NCBI RefSeq assembly: GCF_009914755.1
Contig: NC_060928.1
Direction: 5' to 3' (one strand)
Length of the DNA: 64,000 bases
From: the human T2T-CHM13v2.0 reference genome, Homo sapiens
The stretch's first letter is position 1. Each line of letters opens with the position of its first letter. Below, in pieces: positions 38,449-50,086 of this stretch. The notes under the pieces were generated by a model. That model had not been told where the DNA came from. It made no database searches and worked only from the letters and a program-made list of their open reading frames with translations. The position numbers and the translations under genes are program-made.

Positions 38449-41400
38449 TGTCATGCTGGGAAGAACCCTAACTAATATAGAGCTTTGTGGAAGTGGAGAT
38501 AATTTAGTATTTAATATTATAGCTGGTATTTAGAATCTACATATATTTTGTGTTCTTAAAGTTTTTAAAATCAGAATCCTGGACCTAATAGGGATCTTAA
38601 TAAGTAATCAAGTACATCTTTCTGTCTTAGATTCTAAGCCACTCAAAAGAGATGATAGTCTTTTCCTTTTTTTAACATTAGAACCAATTCCACACATGCC
38701 TGTATGATATTCTCAACTCCACAGAATATGATCACATTTTACAGATTAAGAATCTTTGATTTGAATATCAACATATAGTTATTTGCTTTGATTTTGGGGA
38801 AGATGAAAAAAAACTGGTCGATTATTTTTATGCCAACACTTCATCATATAGTTGAAGGGAACTATAACAAGGCTTATCGTTAAGTTGGTTTTATCATACT
38901 GTATTGAATCATAGTTTCAGATCTAGTAGAAGCTGGAATATAAGAAGTGCGTATACCAAAGTTGTCCCTGCTTTTGAAGATTGTGGTATTTGTAGATCTC
39001 AGAACCCCTAGCTAAGGTAATTCCTGCCTAATTTCCCCTTTTCTGTCCTAACTTGCTTATTCTCCTTCCCAGTGCTTGGTAAGGCAGACCAACTTCTCCC
39101 CATTCCCTCCAACAGACTCAGGATGGCCGACAAAGTCCAATCAAACCTGCTCAACCATATAGGCTCTACAATTTGGCTTTTCTAATTCTGTCTTTGGCAC
39201 ATACCCCATTTTGCCTTTTGTAAAATCTTTTCTTTAGATGAAATAATCCCAGCTCCTCATTCCCTCAACCCTTTAATCATTTTGTTTCTGTTCTCTGAAC
39301 TCTCTCCAATTTTCCTATATATTGTATCAGATGCGGAAACCAAAACCACACACCATTTTCTAACAGGATCTATGCATTGCCAAACCTGGGGAGGTGACTT
39401 ACTTCTTCAATCAGAAATTGAAGCCAAGTCCAAAAGGTTAACAAGTGGATGTTGGAACAGGTGTGACACCCCCATTCCAATAAAGCAACACTTTCTGAGT
39501 TGGTAATTATTCAGTGTGGAAAGTGTAATCTACTTGCTTTCACATAAAAAATTTTAGAATATTCATGTATTTGTATAAGACGGCATGATAGATAAAGCAG
39601 GTGAAGAAAAAGATAAATAGCATTGGATCCTGCCAATATTTTTCTAAGTGCTATTGTTCTTTGTGAGAAGTTAAGGAAGCTGATCTGTTTCCTGGGACAA
39701 AGTAAAGTTCACTGAAATATATATACATAATATATGTTATAATAATTCCAGGCAAGAGAAAGCAAAGGAAATACCCAGGACTCTGCCAATCCCACAAATA
39801 TTCAGTGAGAAAAACACCTGGATTCTCCCCAAGCCACAGCTGTTTAGTTGGAAAATGCCTGGTTCCCATTGAATCAAGGCAGTCAGGGAAAAGGGCCACA
39901 TCCGGCCCAGTGTGTCTACTGCGTACGACGCACACACATGAATCCTATTTGATCAAGACACAGTTATTTTGGAAATAAATAGTTCCTGCTGGATTCAAGC
40001 ACAGCTCGTGACTAGCACACACAGATGGGGGTATACTGAGTGCAGATATTATCTATGAGAAACTCCAATACACAGATATTTGGTAAGAAAACTTATGGCA
40101 CAGGTTTTTGGGCTCTGTTACTATCTCAGTTATTTCTCTCCTGGAACATATGTGGGTTTGGCAGTGCTGCTCTTTGATTAGGGTTGCTTGGATCACCAAG
40201 ATCTGAGCATGTCCATCCAGATTCTTTAGGTAGAGCAGCGAATATTTGTAAAATGAAATGCAAAATTGATAAGTCAATCTTGTTTTCCTTTAGTATACAA
40301 TCAACAATATAGTAGCATAATCATAACAGGAAAGTTCCAGGACTTTCTGAACATACGTGAATTAGGAAAAATCCTATATCTCTATCATCACAATGTACAC
40401 TTTCCACATATTCCCATCTTTTCCTTTATTGGCATAAACTTCTTTTGTGTCAAAAGGACACATTTTCACTACATTTTCCAAATAACTTTTCATCAATCCA
40501 TTATTTTAAAAAAACCCACTGTTGGCCCTGAAATTAATCTGAAAATTAGGCAGATATTTCCAATGAATTAAGTAATCATTTATACTTAAGATTTACCTAC
40601 TTTAAATCATACAGAGGTTTCTTATTGTTAACATAATTTATAAGGAGTGAGTCAGTGCTTAATCCCTTTAAAGGTGTTTTTAGTTTGCTATCCAAAATCA
40701 ACCTGAGGAGAGAACCTGTGTTTTGAGAAATCACAGACTTCACATCTGAGGGTTCTAGAATCCTGAGGCCTTGGGAGAATTTCTTTCACCCAATTACTTG
40801 CTCCAGAAATCAGGAGAGGTTATGGTGGAAACAGCTTCATGAATTCAGGTTCTCCTCATCTTTCCTCTGTTGACTGCCAATTCCTTATTTCCCATAACTC
40901 TTTGTATCTCAGTGCAAAAAAAAAAAAAAAGGAGAGAAAGAAAAATGGAGGAATGATATTGCAGAAGCTTCTAGCCTCAAAGGATGCATTCAATTAATAA
41001 ACAGTAATCTTTCAGGAAAGCAAGCCTAAATCCCCTGGTCAACAATGTCCATTCTGACCACTGCACATTGAGTGTTTTAGCCATCAAGCTGACCTCCAGG
41101 GTATCTGCAGTAGCATTACTGCATGTGCAGGAGCTTCTCTTCAAACACAGCTTCCTGTGTTTGCAAATGTATATGTATAATTTTTTTCTCTGACTTCACG
41201 GACTTTTATCCCCGACCCTGTATTTTTTTTTTTAAATAAACGTAGCTTCCACGTTTTTGCTGTGTGCTTTATCTTGAAAATCCTTTTTGAAGGCCTCCAG
41301 CCTCTCTTCTCATGCATTTTCATCCCCAGTCTGCCCTGTTTCACCTGTGGGCTTTATTCACTGTTCTTCCTTCTGTTAAGCCCTGGTCTCTTATCCAGGC

Positions 41401-41764
41401 ATAACGGAGAAGCTTAAAAATAGCCATAAAAAATGTAGTTTAGAAGAGATGCTTTAAAGCTCAAATTGTAAAGCCCTTCAGGGGGCACAGATGAATGTTA
41501 AATGCTGGGAAGCAAACACCAGTAATCAGAGATGTAATCGTTCATTTTTGAGCAAGTGCATTGTGTGGCCCAAGAGGAAAAAGGCAGAGCTGTAAACGGC
41601 TGCAGAGTGGCCACAGCTGCCAATCCTTGAACTTTGCAGGTGCCCAGAGTGAATGATTCCAGGAACTCAGCTCTCCTTCTGCAAGAATATCACCAGCAGA
41701 AAAGCCATGTTCACAAATCAAGGGAACTTGAAGGATTATTCTAGACCTAATCTCCATAGTCCCC

Positions 41765-42235
41765 TGTGGTAGGCAGAATAATTCCTCCTCCCCTACGCCC
41801 ACAAAGATGTCTTCGTCATAATCCACTGAACCTGTAAATACATTACTTGACAAAAGGGACTTTGCAGATGTGATTAAGTTAAGGAGTTTGAGATGTGGAG
41901 ATTGTCTAGGTGGACCCAATGTAATCCCAGGGGGCCTTAGAAGGGAAAAGGGGAGGAAGGAAAGTCAGAGTCGGAGGAGGAGATGGGACAAAAGGTTGGA
42001 GTGAAGGAGCCATGAGCCAAAGAACTCAGGCAGTCTCTCAAAGCTGGCAAAGGCAAGGAATTGGATTCTCCCCAGAGCATCCAGAAGGAACACAGTTCTG
42101 ACAACACCTTGATTTTGGCCCAGTGAGACCTGTGTGGGATTTCTAACCTACACAACTGTAAGATAATACATTTGTGTTGTTTTAAGCCACTAAATTTGTG
42201 ATAATTTGTTACAGCAGCCACAGGAAACTAATACA
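41765..42235 (+). mobile_element. MLT1D solo LTR
   Basis: TGTGGTAGGCAGAATAAT...GGAAACTAATACA termini; CCCC on both flanks. Confidence 0.9.
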
Positions 42236-42923
42236 CCCCTTAGCAGTGCCGAGACCAGTTTTTCCTCTTCCCTGAATTCTCTGAAGTAAATATTCACATT
42301 CCCAGTGCCATTGTTCCCTCTCGAACATGAACATTTACGTTCTCAATGAAAAGAAGACAGAAATTATCACAGCATCAGTTTTTGCCTCCAGCCAACAGTA
42401 TCTCAAGAGATCAATTCCTGCTGGAAATTTGAGCAGATTCCTTTCATAGAAAGTGTCTCTCAACAGTGTCAAGATGAAGTTTTTCTTTGATTTAAATGCA
42501 TTATTTGAAGTTATGTCTTTGTAAAAATGTTTTTTAGAAAAAAACCTGTCACAAAACAACACTCATGTTTAAAAGGCTAAAGATATAACAATCATGATTG
42601 TTAAAACTTTAACTAGCTGTGATTTGGGGATAATATTGAGTTAGCCATAATTTATCAGAGGGAGAGACTAGAGTCTTTGGGAAAGAGAGTCAAGGACACA
42701 AAGGTTCTGTTTAAATCAAAGGGCTTGACCCAACAGCCAGAAAATGGGGTTCTGGTTGTACTGTGGAGAGAAATAAATCCCGACTGTGGAAACAAATCTA
42801 AGTGCTGTATAATGGGCCATGAAATCTATTCAATGGGAGTCAGTGGCTCCAGAGGTGGGAACCTGCTAGTGTGTACACAAAGAATCTGTTTCTTTTCATC
42901 TCCTCATACTCAAATGGAAATGT

Positions 42924-43214
42924 GGTGGTTTCCAAACTTTTCTGACCCACCTTAAATAATATATTTTATATCATAGGCCACATATACACATATACAATGT
43001 AATTAAAACAATATTTTCATGACATCTTACTTACCCTTGCAATGTGAGCTATATTCTGATATTTCCTAATTCTTCTTGTTATTTTTCACTGATGTTCGTT
43101 CATTTACTTATTTTTCATTTTTAAAATGCTAGTCAGGATCATTTATTTATTTTTCATTTTTAAAATGCTAGTCAGGATCAACTAAGTGGTCATGACTTGG
43201 AGTTTAAAAACATA
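42924..43214 (-). mobile_element. Non-autonomous hAT-Charlie DNA transposon (Charlie18a-like)
   Basis: Degenerate TIRs 'gtggtttccaaact' and 'agtttaaaaacat'; the interior resembles a recalled consensus. Confidence 0.55.
43101..43178. repeat. 39-bp tandem duplication
   Basis: Units 43101-43139 and 43140-43178 differ at one base. Confidence 0.95.
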
Positions 43215-46200
43215 GCTTCAGTAGGACTATTATCAAGAAGGTAGGTATTTTCTTTGGGTTGTAGTAGTAACAGCTATTCATTACTACCTAGTAACTTCAA
43301 ACAAAATGATAGCTTGGAACTCAATACCTTTAAGGTCTTTCTAAGTCTATAATTTATAGTTTTTCATCAAAAGAAATATTACTTTATCTAAAGTTTTTTT
43401 AATAAAATAAAGCAATGACTAATAACTTGAAACCTTCTCTCCAGCAAGTTTGTTTAATTTAAAAAAATGGTTTTACTAAAATAATTCTGATTCCGTTTTG
43501 GTCTTCAATTATTAGTTCTAAACACCAAACATGTCTTTCTAATGAAAATCAAATTATTGAAATTTTTGCCATACCTTTTTTGTCACATTGTTCATTGGTG
43601 TTTCTGAATTTTGATTTCAGGAGTTGGGGAACTAGAATCACTCCTAAGGGATAAAGCATTTTGAGTCACTTCCAGAGAGTGTTTTGATTTATGCTGTAGC
43701 CAATATCATCTTGAAATTGTCCTCCCCTTCTCATCACTAATATTGCTGAAGGCAGGTGAAGCTAGTGTCCTAAGACTCACAGAGAAACTGCTCACTTTCA
43801 CTTTGTTTTTAACCATTATGCTGCACAACACACTTGTCAGATTCTTGCCTGTAAAATAAAAGTGATGCTAAACTCTCAGGGCTGAAGAATAGCTAATAAA
43901 TTGTGCTAACCCTTCAGAGATGCAAAACAATAGCAATCACTCATCAGTTTGCTGAGAGGTGACAGATTCCAATTTCCTATTTTTCCAGAGACACTCTCCT
44001 CATTACCAAGCAAAACCAGACCGGTTAACTTGCCCAAGATCTATAGCTTGCTGCAGTGATCTCATCGGTCTGTGTCCCTGATGGGAACTCAAGCAGGTGG
44101 TGCGGAGAGCAGCGAGATGACATACGGAGACATATTGCCGAAATAGGCTGATCCACCAGGCCAACTAATTTTCCTTCTGAGAAGAGCAATTATTTTAAAT
44201 TGCCATATATCAACATGACTTTGTTCTTGCCACTAAAATATAACATCAATAAACTGTAATGTAAATGAGTGCCTCCTGCTACATTGATTTTTAAAAATTA
44301 AAGATTAAAAAAATTAAGAAGAAGAAGAAGAGCTCACATTGCTTCATTTAGAATTAAGACAGGATCACAATTCAAGAAATTACAACATTAAGCTGGGATG
44401 TGTAACTCACACTATTTTAGAAGCCTTTTGACAATATCACAAAACTACTCTGTAACTTTGTTTTTAAATCGTATTAATTCTGTTGAAAAGTGTTCTTTTG
44501 TGTGAGAGAACACGGTCTCTTATGATAGATACAAAAATAAGGATGCTGGAAAGTAGATGTTGGATACAAGAGAGATTAAAAAAACTCACCTGCCCAATCT
44601 GTCTAGAACCAGAACTTAGGCTGGTTCAATCAAATACTCCTTATGAAAGAAATGCATTCAGAATTCCAAATAAGGATTTTGAAGAAAAATTTTAATATCT
44701 GTATTTAGATTTAGTGGCCCTAAAGGGAAATAGGGTGTTGATTTATGAAATTGAGAGAAATTATGAGCAGCTGGAACATTAAGGGCACATTGTCAGAGGG
44801 AGTTTTCATTGCCAATTTGGAATGAAGTTCCAGCATAGTCCAGCGCCATGATTTAAACACATAAGATCCTAGATGCCCCAATCTAGTTAATTTGAGCATA
44901 TGTAATATCCAATCCTTGGATTATTTGATTGACAGAGCCATTAAAGATACAGCAGTTAAAGATAGATACAGAATGTAGTTAAATTTTATTACATTTTACA
45001 GTTTTTTCTTTAGAGATAACTATTTTTAACTTATGATGAATGATTTTTGAAATAAAAGACACTTTAACAGAACGACTAAGTAAAAATAAAGTCTGAAAAT
45101 CTTTTTATTAATTCTAGAGAGCTTGACAATCAAACTACAAAACTGTTCCCAAGGTAAAGTATCTAAATGCATATAAGCTTCCTCATGTGGGCTGAGCTTG
45201 CAGCAGAAACATAAAACAAGAAGAAGAACGTCTCAGGGTAGACAAAGACATAATTATCTTCTATATTATTGAATAAACACTTTACTGCATAATAAATCAT
45301 CTTAACCCCTTTTTCTTCAAATTCGGATAAAAATTGTTTTCCCGGCTTCTTGCAAAGAGCTTCCAAATAATACATCCATTCCTGATCTCTTGGTTTTCTC
45401 CCAGAAATCTTTAAATCAAATCAAGATAAGCAGTTTAAACCATTGAATTCGTTCTGTTATCTTTAAGGATTTTCTCTAACATTACTCTTCATTTGTCTGG
45501 ACAAACAAGTTACCTGGGGTTGTGGAGGACCTACACAAGAGGAAGATCATTTGGGGTATATTAGACTACCACAAGGGGGAGTGAGTGCCAAATATTTTCA
45601 GTTGGGATTTTAGAAGGAAACCATCCTGACCTATGAAGTATTTGTATTAGGAATTCAAGGAAGAATCTGGTGGAGAAGGTCCCTTCCCTGGAAGAACCCA
45701 GGATTTAGTAAGGAAGTAGGTAACAAAAATTAATTACATTACAAGACAAATAACGCTGTGGGAATAAAGACTTATGGAACTTAGAAGACAGCTTCGCTTT
45801 CATTCATATCCAATCTGGCTAACACAGTTCATTGCTTCAACCGTCTCTTAGCAACATACCTTAATATCCTTCGCACCCAGTCCTTCCAAGGCGTCGTCCC
45901 CTTCCACAGCCTCCTCCTTCCCCACATCCTTTTGGATTAATCCAAACAAGTGTTTCCTTTTGTTTGGCCTTCCTTGAGATGCTACCTGCTCCTGTCTGTG
46001 TCTCGCCGCTGCTGTTTGTTTCCTGCAGCAGCACTTATCACTTTCTAAAATGAACATCTTTGTTGAGTTACCTGTTTATTGTCCGCCTTCTCTCTAAAAT
46101 GTGTGATTCTGGTGAATTTTATTCACTTCTCTGTCCTCAGTGCCTACAAAAGCATTGACTGAATTTATGAATTCATGCAAACTGATATCATTTTAAATCT

Positions 46201-46453
46201 ATAGGTTCCAATCCCAATTGGGTCCCCACTGCTGTTCAACAAACCTTTAGTCAACAAATTCCTTTCCTTGAGTTATAAGAACCTCCTTCACCACTGTTAT
46301 AAATTCACTTCAGCAAATGATCTGGTCCTTCACACCCCAATGGCAGCCCCTCTAAGGACCTCATGGGTTTAGGGATATTTAGGGTACTGTTCGGTCTGTC
46401 TCATAGTTAGCATCTCTGCTGCATTAGGCAAGGTTTCCCAGTCTCTCTTTTAA

Positions 46454-46871
<418 letters not shown>

Positions 46872-47513
46872 TGTTTGGTTTTTGTTTTAAGAGCCACTGA
46901 TAAACAGGTAGGACTGACAACTTCTTGTGGATTTCTTCTCTTCTCCTTTTCTTGTCCAGGGACAGCTTTAAACTTAGCAACTGGGTAAAAGCCAAGGTAA
47001 GGTTATAGGGGGCTGGGCTTGCGGGGGACAGATTTTGCCTTAAAACTGCCTTTGCATGACAAACACATCTCTTTTATTTGGATTACACGTTTCCAGATCA
47101 TTACAAATGGGAAATTTTAATCAAGATGCCCATATACACAGCTTACATAAAGGCAATTGTAAGATGCATGTATTCAATATTTACATGTTTCAGAAAATAT
47201 TAGTTGCCATATAGAAGAATATTGCTATGCCATGGTGATTATCATTTGGGGGGAAATCATTTGAAGGGATGCTGCCTCAGAAGGACCAGGCGCCAAAGAT
47301 GTTAAGGTATGTTGCTAAGAGATGGGGTGTCCCCACTATTGACACCCCCTCATTTTCCCACTCTCTTAGCTTCAGCTTCAGCTTCCTACCTAGACCCCAA
47401 CGATACTCAAATCTATGACTTTAAGAACACATAGCCTCTTTCTCCCTCAAATGTGAATTCCTCATTCTCAATGGATGACGAATCTTTTCCAACTGATACT
47501 TAACAGGACCCAT

Positions 47514-47585
47514 TGGTATATTGGGGCTGGTATTTTTGGGGGCTGGTATATTTAACAACTGTTAAATACCAGCCCCAATATACCA
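47514..47585. repeat. Perfect 22-bp inverted repeat with internal hairpin
   Basis: TGGTATATTGGGGCTGGTATTT (47514-47535) and AAATACCAGCCCCAATATACCA (47564-47585). Confidence 0.95.
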
Positions 47586-49021
47586 CTTTCTATCCTAAAC
47601 TTCCTTTCTTTCACTGAGTCCAGTGGACTATATTTTTGATTTAAATTTTTTCTCCATCTCTCCATCATTTCTTGAATCTGGATAATCAGGTCTTGTTTAA
47701 ATGATTGGAATTGCTTTTTGACAAGCCAGCCTACCTCCAATACCTAAACATGTTCCATCCCTCCACTGACAAACTACTAAATACTTCCATAGTTATCTTT
47801 CCAAAGAGACAATCCGATTATCTCCACTACCTTCCCCTCTTGTTTTAAAACCCTTCAGTGGCTCTCCCATTAAGGACTAGAGTCATATCTCCTTATTCCT
47901 GCATGCAATGTCCTTTGTGATCAGACCTCGGCTCATTTCCCAGGCTCATCACCCTCCTGTCCTCCCCAGGCCTTAGCCAGCTCTCATTATGTGAGAGTTT
48001 GAGAAGATGTCACTAAATTGTAGCCTTTCAAATGCCTTCAACTCCTAGGCATGGACTTATGCCTCCAAAAATGCAAAGTAATAAAATGTGGAAAATAATC
48101 AGTTTATTTTTATTTGCTGGTTGGTTTTATTTCACATGCTAAGGTTCTTCTAAATTTATTCTGGCTTCCCTGCAGCAATTCTGCCCAATTCCATTTTACG
48201 TGAAATAACAGCAGCAAAGTTCAGAAATACTGCCACCTTGTGATCACAGAGTAGGTGAAAAGCCAAGTGGTCCTCCCTTTATAAACATGTTTATAAACAG
48301 AGGAGCTCAGAACTGGAGAGATTCCCTGACCAGTCCCTCTTTCCAGGCCTTAAAACTAACAACCACTTGATTACTGCTAGAAACTCAAAATTACAAAACT
48401 CTACCTTTAGGGTCTACTCTTAGTGACTCTCTTTTGTAGAGTTTTGTTGGTTTCCCTCCCCCAGATTATTTAAAGATACTGAAGGACCCACTTATTTAAG
48501 CCATCTTCAGGTTCAGGTCCTTTGAAGCCCAGAGAACTTTTTTAAGCCTTTTACTTTTAGGAGGTATGTGCTCCAGACCATAGCTGTCAACTGTATTAGG
48601 ACAGCAGTGAGTTGATGCTATTTGACAATACAAACCCAAAACAGGGCGTGTAAGAAGTCCTCAAGAGCTGCTTATTGAGAGAATTAATGAATAAACAAAT
48701 GAACAGCAGATACGATGACGATTTTAAGAGTGGAGAAAAATGTTTCTAATATTTTTGAAAGCAGTCATTTTATTTTGAAATGTCAAGTCCATCTTGAAAC
48801 ATTGACATATTCTATACTCTTGAGCTATTTAAGGTGGGTTTGAATAAAAGAATAATGGAGGTGTAGAGAGGCGAAGTGACCTATGTCTAGTGGCATACCA
48901 ACAATAAATAGGTTCAGGGCAACTCAGGGCATTGCAAAGATGGGTGAGGCTGAAAGGAAATGTAAAACATATTCATTCAAACCCCTTTTGATACTGCTTT
49001 GCAAAAACAGGTTCATCCAGT

Positions 49022-49295
49022 TCTTCCTTTCTCTCTCTCTGTCTCTCTCTCTTTCTTGAGACAGGATCTTACTCTGTCACCCAGACTGAAGTGTAGTGGT
49101 GTGATCATGACTCACTGTAGCCTCAATCTCCCAGGCTCAAACAATTCTCAGGCCTCAGCCTCCGCACCTGGCTAATATTTTGATTTTTTGTAAAAACAGG
49201 TGCCCACGCTGGCTCAAATTCCTGAGCTCAAGTGATCCATGCACCTCGGCCTCCCAAAGTGCTGGGATTACAGGCAAGAGCCACAACACCCAGCC
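49022..49295 (-). mobile_element. AluJ with internal deletions and (CT)n tail
   Basis: Antisense Alu ending 'gggattacaggcaagagccacaacacccagcc'. Confidence 0.9.
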
Positions 49296-49843
49296 TTCTT
49301 CCTCTCTTTGACTCTATTCTTAACTATTATTTCATCACATAGACTAGCTTATTTTTTAAGGTTTGTTCTCAGAATGATTGTTTTCAAATGACTTAGAACT
49401 GGATTTCTCATAAGCAGCATAGTAGCCACTGGAGACTTTTGTACACAGGTAGAGAATAAGCTGCTTTGAAAAGTCATTGGTCATTCCAAAACTCATTTGT
49501 ATCATGAGACATCATAGAATATATGCTTTGTAAATAATTTGTTTTTCAGAGTCAATAACTAATTACCAGTTCATGCCCTATAAATAAATCCATATTGGAA
49601 ATTATGTCTAAGTAGATTCATCACAGAAACGATTGGCCGACTGACCAAACAGCAAACTTCATGATTTACTTCTTGGCTTAGCTGCTCTCTTTGCATTTCT
49701 TTTTTAAGCAGTCCTCTTCCCCCATCATTATTATAATAAAGAAGGAAAATGGACAAGGTGAAGCAAGGCTAGACAGGTGTGAATTTAAAAATCACTGATC
49801 CTAGAAAATGTTTGCAGCTTTTGGGTTGTAAGAAAGTGAAGTA

Positions 49844-50086
49844 GGCCTGACATGCTGGCTCACGCCTATAATCCCAGCACTTTGGGAGGCTCAGTCAGGA
49901 GGATCACTTGAGCCTAGGAGTTTGAGACCAGCCTGGCAATATACGGAGATCCCATCTCTACTGAAAGTACAAATAAAAAATTAGCAAGTCATGGTAGAGC
50001 ATCCCTGTGGTCCTAGTTACTCAGGAGGCTGAGGTAGGAGGATTGCTTGAGCCCAGGAGGTCGAGGCTATAGCAAGCTGTGTTCGC
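49844..50086 (+). mobile_element. AluJ lacking its 3' end and A tail
   Basis: Alu similarity stops at 'gctgtgttcgc'. Confidence 0.9.
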
